A DNA stretch of 64,000 bases from a bacterium. Lineage in GTDB: Bacteria; SAR324; NAC60-12. Below, piece after piece: positions 20,721 through 29,276 of this stretch. Numbering within the stretch: the stretch's first letter is position 1; each line of letters opens with the position of its first letter. Location of the stretch: contig CBDBHR010000030.1 in NCBI GenBank assembly GCA_965205865.1, positions 1,184,001 to 1,248,000 of the forward strand. The letters run 5' to 3'. Made by a program: the position numbers and the translations under genes. Below the pieces are notes generated by a model. The model was not told where the DNA came from, did not search any database, and worked only from the letters and a program-made list of their open reading frames with translations.

Positions 20721-20992
20721 AAAAACCATGAAGGGATCGATTGTTTTTTTAAGTTAGTTGGTCAAGGTTTGGAAGACAACTATGAAGAGAGCGGGGGTAC
20801 GTTGACCTGAGGAATGAACAGTTGCTTTCATTGGAATTGAAGAGGTGATTCGAGAGGGAGTCTATGAGATTCAGATCAAGTTCTCAAATGGATTTCTCTT
20901 GAAGAGATTCAGAGATATCTTGAAAACAAAAAAAGACTGAAACGAACCATTTTGAAGTTTCCGGAGACACTCAGAAAGGATTGGAGCGAGAA

Positions 20993-21888
20993 ACTAGGTA
21001 AGCTCATAATTTTCCCTTCCGTTCAAAACTTATCCTTCGCAATAAGCTTACCGGCGAGAACTGTTCCCATGCGCCACGCAGATAAGGCTTCGAGTCCTCC
21101 GGCAATGACTTGCCAGGCTTCTACGCTCTTTGCACTTCGATGGCGCATGCTTCTCCGTTGATATCCCATTCGGCTCCACGTCGACCGGACATCAGGTGAC
21201 CACTGGGAATAGCTTCCAGGTGATTGGCAAGAGTTTCCGTCTTGATAAACTGATCAAATCGCGTGACTGCTGTTTGCACGAATTGTGAAGTTTGATAACG
21301 AACATGAATACGCGCCATCACGTCGAACGCCTGCTCTTTTCTCATATTCTGTACTTTATTGACGAATTCCCGGGCAAATCCTTCCTGTTGCAAGTCAATT
21401 GTCAGTTCCGTATTCAGGGCAACGGTCACATTGTTTTCCGTCTGCGCCAGTAAGCCTTCTTTTTCATGACGTTGCAAAAGCACGTCTTCGGGTGCTAAGA
21501 TAATAGTTTCTCCATCCAACTCCAATGTCGTCCGTTTGCCATCCCGCAGCCGAAAAATAGCGGAGGAATCGAGCTCCACAATGGTTCGGGCGACTTGTTT
21601 CATGCGAACTCCGAGCTTCGGTCCGAGCACACTGTAATTGGCCTTGGCGCTGTAAGTCACTAAATCTTCTTCATTATCAGCCACGACGACTTTCTTGATA
21701 TTCAACTCTTCCGTGATCAATTCTTCCATGTCGTTCAAAATCGCTACGGCTTCCGGGTCACGGGTCACCAGAAAAATGCTGGCAAGGGGTTGTCGTATTT
21801 TCAATTGATGCTTGTTACGCAAGGCGCGTCCCATGCTGACTGCCGAGAGCACCAATTCCATTTTCTTTTCGATTGCAGGGTCCCGATA
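20993..21888. repeat. ~895-bp direct repeat of 25519-26414 (ileS 3' end plus downstream DNA)
   Basis: Constant offset of 4526; about a dozen substitutions counted by eye. Confidence 0.95.
21121..21888 (-). pseudogene. ileS: Orphan 3' fragment of ileS
   Basis: The 246-aa ORF is nearly identical to the IleRS C-terminus (4 substitutions seen). Confidence 0.93.
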
Positions 21889-21901
21889 TTGGGGTCAGGC
21901 T

Positions 21902-23500
21902 GTGCGCCAGGAAAGCTGGCAAGAAATAGAGAGTGAAAGTCTCTTACTCGGTAAGGCAGTAACGACCCGCCGAGTCCCCGAGTCATGAGTGGTTATTCGC
22001 AAGGATAGGCGCTAAGCGTTGACAGGGGAGAACATAGGCTCGGTATTGAGCTCCGAAATCATAGTCTCAGGCGCTGACCTTGTGGTCTGGTGGGGAAGGC
22101 AATATCAACCGAAGGCGTTAGCGTGAGTCTCGGCTGAGCCTGGCGGAGTCAAAGACCCGGTGCATGTGTGGAAGTTTCTTGATCGGAACCTGGGAGATCC
22201 TGAAGACGACTGTCAACATTCTATTGGTAGTCGGATCGGGAAAATTAATAAATAACCCCGATATCTACGTCTTCAGGAAGTCGGACAAGTTCGTAGTAGC
22301 GTGAGCAGCCGACAAGGCTGTGGATTTTGGAGAGTGAAAGTCTCTCTGTCGTCAGTTTCCCATTCGGGCGACTAGCATATCCGGTGCGCTTAGCAGGTAA
22401 CTGCTTTGCGTTCTGCCCGGAAGTAAAAGTCACCGTCTGCTTTGGACGAGAGTCCATAGTGGGAGCCAACAGGGTGGCGAGCAAACCTGGAGGCCTGAAC
22501 ATTAGTGAATGATTGCAGCTCCGAAAGAGACTTCCGTCGTGAATTGGCTTGACGGTGTGTTGCCCAACCGCCGACCCGCTCGCTACTCGGGGAAGGCCGA
22601 AGTTCCAAGGGAAGTAATGGGAACAGGCACCTTGGAGGGAGCCGGAGTATGGATCCAAGCATCCAGGGAAAGATCCACAGAGATAACGTCGGGAAGGGCC
22701 AACTTCCAGCAGGGACTCGCAATAACCTGCAAGGACCTACCGTATAGGGTAACACCGAAATCGGCAGGAGGATTTTGGTCTGGCGCATGAGTCCGTATGA
22801 GCGATGAAGACCGGGTAACGCTGGTCGAGGGGATGCTTGGACATCTCCCTTTTGGAGGTAACACCTCTAAAAGGCAAAGGGGCTCTCGGTAAATGGCGGG
22901 CATTTCATGAACCACTGCCGAACTTGTGTCGGTCAAGAGTGTCACCACAAAGAATGTCGAGCTGGAGATCAAATCACTCACTCCAGGGGTGAATGCAGGC
23001 GAGTGCTTAAGCTTCGGATTGGGTGGGAAGGGTTTCTGGGGAAACGCTGTTGCTGCCAACCGGACTCGGGAAATCCGACCGTCCGGGATGAGAGGGGGGC
23101 TTGCGGAAACGTGATGCAGGGTCTGACGCCCTTTTGCCACGAAACCGGAAACGGGGGATACATTGGAAGTCGTTGACCTAAACATGCGCGCGCCGTATTT
23201 CTACCCGGCATGAAGCGGCGAACAATGAGATCATTTGCAGAGAGTAACAATGCAAAGGAAATCAACGGAGCCTGTGGAGCAAAGGGACTTGGCTGAGAGG
23301 AATTCTGCTTGCCCTCCTGTGTTCGGAACTCAGAGGCCGTAAAATCAGAGAGCGGTTTAAGCAGGGTGCGCCAAACGGCAACGTTTGAGCGTCTGACTCG
23401 AAGCAGGAGCCGGATGCGTTAGCAGCGCACGTCCGGATCTGTACCGGAGGAATGACGAAAGGTGGCTGGAAACCACTATAAGTCAGTTCTTTACGGTGAC
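21902..23500 (+). mobile_element. Group II intron (IIB-like) with its IEP ORF deleted, interrupted in domain III
   Basis: 5' GTGCG; EBS1 GGTCTG at 22084-22089; domain V GAGCCGGATGCG..CGCACGTCCGGATC at 23407-23439; domain VI with bulged A 23493; ends ...GAC at 23500. Confidence 0.9.
22301..23209 (+). mobile_element. Inner ORF-less group II intron (twintron)
   Basis: 5' GTGAG; EBS1 GCTACT at 22582-22587; domain V CAACCGGACTCGGGAAATCCGACCGTCCGGGATG at 23057-23090; long domain VI ending CTACCCGGC. Boundaries uncertain by about 1 nt. Confidence 0.85.
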
Positions 23501-23691
23501 TGCATACTTGTATTTAAATCGTGAAATGCCACTCAGACAAAGGACTGAGACTTTGTTCCTTTCTGAGACCTTCCTTGCTGAACAGACAACGCATTGCTTT
23601 TCAAACCTAGATGAGAGTCAATCTTCAGATAGATGAAAAACTCATGCACTTTAGACAATTTCTTAATACAAATACCCCAGCCTGCCCCCAT

Positions 23692-24759
23692 TTATGTGTT
23701 CGTCCTTTTTTTCGCATAGGACTTGAGTTTAGATTGATATTCGCTGATTCGGTGGTCCTTTCCAGCAATAGATGGGCCATTGGCAATCATCCTCCTGGCC
23801 AACCGAAAGACGCGAAATGGCATACCGAGGTTTGGAATGACTTTGAGCTTGGAGACATTCATCTCACAAGCCGTCAGGTAGCGCATATCACCTTGATGCA
23901 TGTAACCGCAGAAATTCCGTTCCAAACAATCCGCCAGTTCGCGATTTATAAAGGAAACAAGGAAGACAATACAATGAGTCACCCAAGAGGGCGGTACGCG
24001 GGGAACACCATCTGCTGCGTTGACGATACGGTATATTGGCGCGCGAATCTCTTCACCGAATTCCTCATTGCCCACACGCGGACTGCCATACGTGTAGCAG
24101 GCGGCTAGCGAATCACGTTCCAATTCCTCGCATGCGACAACTGCAAGAGCGCCACCCAGGGAATGACCGGTAATATAGAGGGAAAAACCTTCCGGTAAAT
24201 TATCGACTGCGGATTTGACTTGATCACTTACCTGATTGTACGCGGCTCGGAAACCGCTATGAATTTTAACGCCCGCTTCGCCCTTGTAAAATCGGGTATT
24301 CAAATCTGTCTTGACGTCATTCCAACTATTCGCTTCAGTACCGCGAAACGCGAGAACGGCGATTTTATCTTTTTCGCGTCCAGCAAGAAATGCCTGCGTA
24401 TCGTTTATGTTGAAGGTACAAATAAGATTGAAACAGGCATCAGCAAGAGCGTCTTTTAGTTTCTGAAGACCGGGAGGCGTCTTAGCGTCGCCATCGAGTT
24501 TTTGGGCGATATAATTCTTCAGATTTTCTTCCAGTTCCGTAATTCGTCCGGCCGTTCCCTCTCCTCTATCTTTTTTCCATGCAATTTTTGCAAGCTTGGC
24601 TATTGCATCGAGTACTTCCTTGAACTGGTATTCGCCCTCGAATTGCAAATATGCAAGCGCACTCATCTCGCTCATCATCCAAGCCGTGCGATCACTGTAT
24701 GCAGCCCGGTTTGTCGGCAAGACTTTCAAATTTTCCGGTACATTAAAGTAATCACTCAT
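23692..24759 (-). CDS. Class 3 lipase family protein
   Basis: AFRGTE, IHSGF, TGHSLGGALA, TYGSPRVG, DGVPRVP. Confidence 0.92.
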   Translation of the reverse strand: MSDYFNVPENLKVLPTNRAAYSDRTAWMMSEMSALAYLQFEGEYQFKEVLDAIAKLAKIAWKKDRGEGTAGRITELEENLKNYIAQKLDGDAKTPPGLQKLKDALADACFNLICTFNINDTQAFLAGREKDKIAVLAFRGTEANSWNDVKTDLNTRFYKGEAGVKIHSGFRAAYNQVSDQVKSAVDNLPEGFSLYITGHSLGGALAVVACEELERDSLAACYTYGSPRVGNEEFGEEIRAPIYRIVNAADGVPRVPPSWVTHCIVFLVSFINRELADCLERNFCGYMHQGDMRYLTACEMNVSKLKVIPNLGMPFRVFRLARRMIANGPSIAGKDHRISEYQSKLKSYAKKRTNT

Positions 24760-25061
24760 TTTGTGCGCTATCGTATTACAGTGTTTATCGAAGGGATGTT
24801 TGCTTAGATTGCAAGCCCAGTCTCGAAATGGTCTCCCGATGTGGTTTTCCCGGACGTCAAGCATCCCGCAAGAACATGGATTTTAAAAAAAAACATTTTC
24901 ATGTTCCTCTTTTTATTCAGAATTGCTCAACTCGAGTAAGAGTTAAAGCAGGGATGACAGGCTCGGTAATTTTCGAGCAATATTCACTGCTGTTTTTCCC
25001 AGAGCTTTCACTTGTTTCACCAAGGCGGCCTGATTGAGATTTTGTTGCGTCGCTTCCTGCA

Positions 25062-25523
25062 CTAGTGTATTGCCTGTTTAATACATTTGTATTATTGGTC
25101 ATTTGGTAGACAGGTTTGAGTTTGTTGATAATTTCTTCGGCAGTTTTAGTCCAAACATATGGTTTTGGGTTGCGATTGTGCGCTTCGATGTAACTATGGA
25201 TGGCTTCGGTCAACTCGAGCACGCTTTTGAAGGCGCCTCGCCGTCGCCACTTTCCAACGGAATTGCCGCTGGTTCCAAGCGTTTTGGCAATCTCTTGATT
25301 CTTAAGGCCATCAGCAGCCAACAGGATGATGCGCGCACGAAGAGCGTCTCGCATCGCTCCGGTCTGACGGCGTGCGGTTTTGCTCAATTCATCCCGTTCT
25401 TCCCGGGTCAGTTTTATACTTGGCGCTTTCCTAATGCTGTCTCCATATATGCAAATAAAAAGACAGCTCTAGTATAGCAAACCAAGGAATTATTTACACA
25501 TTAATAAAAGAGCGACACACTAG
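25062..25523 (-). mobile_element. Non-autonomous deletion derivative of the IS630 element at 8779-9963
   Basis: Same CTAG-bounded ends; about 723 bp deleted in frame, joining GKWRRR to GAFKSV. Confidence 0.92.
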
Positions 25524-25646
25524 GTAAGCTCATAATTATCCCTTCCGTTCAATACTTATCCTTCGCAACAAGCTTACCTGCGAGAACTGTTCCCATGCGC
25601 CACGCAGATGAGGCTTCGAGTCCTCCGGCAATGACTTGCCAGGCTT

Positions 25647-28600
25647 CTACGCTCTTTGCACTTCGATGGCGCATGCTTCTCCGTTGATATCCCATTCGGT
25701 TCCACGTCGACCGGACATCAGGTGACCACTGGGAATAGCTTCCAGGTGATTGGCAAGAGTTTCCGTCTTGATAAACTGATCAAATCGCGTGACTGCTGTT
25801 TGCACGGATTGTGAAGTTTGATAACGAACATGAATACGCGCCATCACGTCGAACGCCTGCTCTTTTCTCATATTCTGTACTTTATTGACGAATTCCCGGG
25901 CAAATCCTTCTTGTTGCAAGTCAATTGTCAGTTCCGTATTCAGGGCAACGGTCACATTGTTTTCCGTCTGCGCCAGTAAGCCTTCTTTTTCATGACGTTG
26001 CAAAAGCACGTCTTCGGGTGCTAAGATAATAGTTTCTCCATCCAACTCCAATGTCGTCCGTTTGCCATCCCGCAGCCGAAAAATAGCGGAGGAATCGAGC
26101 TCCGCAATGGTTCGGGCGACTTGTTTCATGCGAACTCCGAGCTTCGGTCCGAGCACCCTGTAATTGGCCTTGGCGCTGTAAGTCACTAAATCTTCTTCAT
26201 TGTCAGCCACGACGACTTTCTTGATATTCAACTCTTCCGTGATCAATTCTTCCATGTCGTTCAAAATCGCTACGGCTTCCGGGTCACGGGTCACCAGAAA
26301 AATGCTGGCAAGGGGTTGTCGTATTTTCAATTGATGCTTGTTACGCAAGGCGCGTCCCATGCTGACTGCCGAGAGCACCAATTCCATTTTCTTTTCGATT
26401 GCAGGGTCCCGATAGCGTCTCCGGACTTGGGGAAAGTTCGCCAGGTGCACGCTCTCTTCATCTCGTTCGTTTCGCAGATTGCGGTAAATTCCTTCGGCAA
26501 TAAAGGGCACAAAGGGTGCGATCACTTTGGAGAGCTCCACTAAGACCTGATAAAGTACCGCATAGGCTTCCTGCTTGTCTTTTCCCTGTCCCGCCTTCCA
26601 AAATCGGCGGCGGCTGCGTCTAATATACCAATTGGTCAACAAGTCGATGAAGCCCACGAAAGGAGCAACGGATTTATTCAAATCGTAGGCGTCCATGCTG
26701 GCTCTCACTGTTTCGATCAGTCCCTGCAATTTGGACAATATCCAGCGATCCAGGGGATTGGAGGGCATGCTCAGTATTTCCCCGGAGGGCTGCCAGCGGT
26801 CGATAGCGGCATAGGTGGTCAGAAAGGCCAGAGCATTCCAAAGGGGCAGCAAAATAGAACGGGTGGTGTCCACCAGTCCTTTTTCCGAAAACCTGAGATC
26901 GTCTCCGCGTACTGCCGGGGAATTGAGCATGTAGAGACGAATGGCATCCGCTCCATATTGGTCCAACATGTTGATAGGATCCGGATAGTTTTTCAGTCGT
27001 TTGCTCATTTTTTTACCATCTTCAGCCAGGACGAGTCCGTTGACGATGACATTGTGAAAGGCCGGTTTGTTGTACAATGCCGTCCCGACGACGACCAGAG
27101 AATAGAACCAGCCTCTTGTTTGATCCAACCCCTCACAAATAAAATCCGCAGGGAAATTGGCGTCAAATCTTTCTTTGTTTTCAAAAGGGTAATGTTCCTG
27201 ACCATAGGGCATAGAGCCGGATTCGAACCAACAATCGAGCACTTCGGGAATCCGCTTATATATTTTGTCATTTTGAACTATCACCAGATCGTCCACCAAG
27301 TGTTTGTGCAAATCTTCCACTTTTTGTCCGCTCGCTTCTTCCAGTTCTGCCACGCTACCGAAACAGAGACAATCTCCATCCTCACTCTTCCAAATCGGCA
27401 ATGGGGTTCCCCAGAAACGATTTCGACTGATGGCCCAGTCTCTCGCATTTTCCAACCATTTGCCAAAACGTCCATCCCGGATGTGCCCCGGTACCCAATG
27501 AATGGTCTGATTATTTTGCACCATCTGGTCTTTGATTGCTTCCACCTTGACGAACCAGGTCGAGATGGCTTTATAGATGAGGGGGGTGTCCGTTCGCCAG
27601 CAGAAGGGATAACTGTGTTCGATGGTTTCGTGTCTGAGAATTTTGTTCTTGTCTTTCAAATAGCGGATGATCGTTTTGTCGGCCGCCTTGATATTCAACC
27701 CTGCCAGGAATCCCATGTAGGATTGAAAATTTCCGTCATCGTCCACCGGGTCGAACAGGGGTAAACCTTCCCGCAGGCCAATCCGCAAGTCATCTTCACC
27801 AAAGGCTGGCGCTTGGTGGACAATGCCGGTTCCACTTTCATCACTGATATAATCGTCGACCAGCACCCGCCATACCCGGCTGCTGTCCACTCGTCCAATG
27901 GCAAAGTCAAACGGTGGATGATAAGTTTTGTTCCGCAAATCGCTGCCTTTCAAGGCGTCAAGCACTTCATATTCACCGGCTTGCCAATAAGCAGGTATGC
28001 GGTTGGTTGCCAGGTAATAGTTTTCTCCACTGGCCTTTTCCCTGATTTTGACGTAATCTATTTCCGCTCCGACACAGCATGCCAGATTTGCGGGGATGGT
28101 CCAGGGAGTGGTGGTCCATCCTAAATAATAAGTGTTTTCCTCATCAGTCGCCTGGCATTTGAAAGTAATCGAAGGATCCTGCGTCTCCTGATAGTTGAGG
28201 TTGGCTTCGAAATTGGAAAGAGGAGTTGAAAGCCGCCAGGAATAAGGCACCACTTTTCTGCCTTCGTAGATGAGATTCTTCTGCCATAATTGTTTCATCA
28301 CCCACCAAACAGATTCCATGTAGGAGCGATCCATGGTTTTGTAATCGTTGTCAAAATCTACCCAACGGGCCATACGATCCACGGTTTCCCGCCATTCCCT
28401 GGTGTATCGTAATACGATTTTGCGACATGCTTCATTGTAATTCCCTATACCAAATTCGATGATATCCGGACGCCCTTCTAATTGGAGCGCTTGTTCCACC
28501 TCAAACTCGACCGGCAGTCCGTGGCAATCCCAACCAAAACGCCGTTCCACTCGATGGCCTCGCATGGTTTTGTAACGAGGAATGACGTCTTTGATGGTAC

Positions 28601-28781
28601 CGGCAAGCAAATGACCATAGTGAGGCAATCCTGTCGCAAAAGGAGGTCCATCATAAAATACGAATTCACGATCTTTGGGACGTTGTTCGATCGATTTTTC
28701 AAAGATTTGTTGATGCTTCCAAAACGCCAGAATCTCGCTTTCAAGATCGGGGAAATTTATTTTATTGGAAATTTCTTTCAT
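25647..28781 (-). CDS. ileS: Isoleucine--tRNA ligase (IleRS2 type)
   Basis: DGPPFATGLPHYGH, WTTTPWT, KMSKR; long type-2 C-terminus. Confidence 0.97.
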   Translation of the reverse strand: MKEISNKINFPDLESEILAFWKHQQIFEKSIEQRPKDREFVFYDGPPFATGLPHYGHLLAGTIKDVIPRYKTMRGHRVERRFGWDCHGLPVEFEVEQALQLEGRPDIIEFGIGNYNEACRKIVLRYTREWRETVDRMARWVDFDNDYKTMDRSYMESVWWVMKQLWQKNLIYEGRKVVPYSWRLSTPLSNFEANLNYQETQDPSITFKCQATDEENTYYLGWTTTPWTIPANLACCVGAEIDYVKIREKASGENYYLATNRIPAYWQAGEYEVLDALKGSDLRNKTYHPPFDFAIGRVDSSRVWRVLVDDYISDESGTGIVHQAPAFGEDDLRIGLREGLPLFDPVDDDGNFQSYMGFLAGLNIKAADKTIIRYLKDKNKILRHETIEHSYPFCWRTDTPLIYKAISTWFVKVEAIKDQMVQNNQTIHWVPGHIRDGRFGKWLENARDWAISRNRFWGTPLPIWKSEDGDCLCFGSVAELEEASGQKVEDLHKHLVDDLVIVQNDKIYKRIPEVLDCWFESGSMPYGQEHYPFENKERFDANFPADFICEGLDQTRGWFYSLVVVGTALYNKPAFHNVIVNGLVLAEDGKKMSKRLKNYPDPINMLDQYGADAIRLYMLNSPAVRGDDLRFSEKGLVDTTRSILLPLWNALAFLTTYAAIDRWQPSGEILSMPSNPLDRWILSKLQGLIETVRASMDAYDLNKSVAPFVGFIDLLTNWYIRRSRRRFWKAGQGKDKQEAYAVLYQVLVELSKVIAPFVPFIAEGIYRNLRNERDEESVHLANFPQVRRRYRDPAIEKKMELVLSAVSMGRALRNKHQLKIRQPLASIFLVTRDPEAVAILNDMEELITEELNIKKVVVADNEEDLVTYSAKANYRVLGPKLGVRMKQVARTIAELDSSAIFRLRDGKRTTLELDGETIILAPEDVLLQRHEKEGLLAQTENNVTVALNTELTIDLQQEGFAREFVNKVQNMRKEQAFDVMARIHVRYQTSQSVQTAVTRFDQFIKTETLANHLEAIPSGHLMSGRRGTEWDINGEACAIEVQRA

Positions 28782-29276
28782 TCGTACTCCTGATTTCGCT
28801 GCCGAATTTTGTCATTGCGTTTCAATCTCATGCGGATGAGAGCAAGGATCAATGATGGCTGAAGCCCTACAACATTCAAGCGCAATGTCCGCTGACCGTG
28901 CTTTACAGAGCTTCCGATCCCGGAGTGTAGCTTCCAACAATCGTTTGTCATTCTTGCCTGTTCAACTATGATCACGTCGACCAGGAAGCTTGCATACGCA
29001 AATGAGAATAGGAAGCAAAAGATCGATCCGACGTCGATTTTGGATTTCTTTATTGTCTCGAGCATGGCATCCATTCCAAAGATCCGAAAAGATGGCGTGA
29101 CGAAAAAAAGCCTTTCTTTCAGATGACCACTGGATTTTGAAGAATACATGCGCTAAGATCAAGCAATCACATTCAAAGTCAGGAAGAGAATTCCTCATTT
29201 TGATTTCTGACTGCCAGCATATCAGATTAGTCTTCCGCCAACCAAACCTTGACTTGGAAATTCAGAAAGGACTGTC

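Noticed and set aside
22245-23265. Several 60-200 aa ORFs inside the introns as an IEP or homing endonuclease
   Set aside because: No RT (YADD), HNH or LAGLIDADG motifs; these are chance ORFs in GC-rich structured RNA.
28778-29220. ORFs or a T-box leader upstream of ileS
   Set aside because: No T-box motif was seen, and the overlapping short ORFs have no recognisable features.
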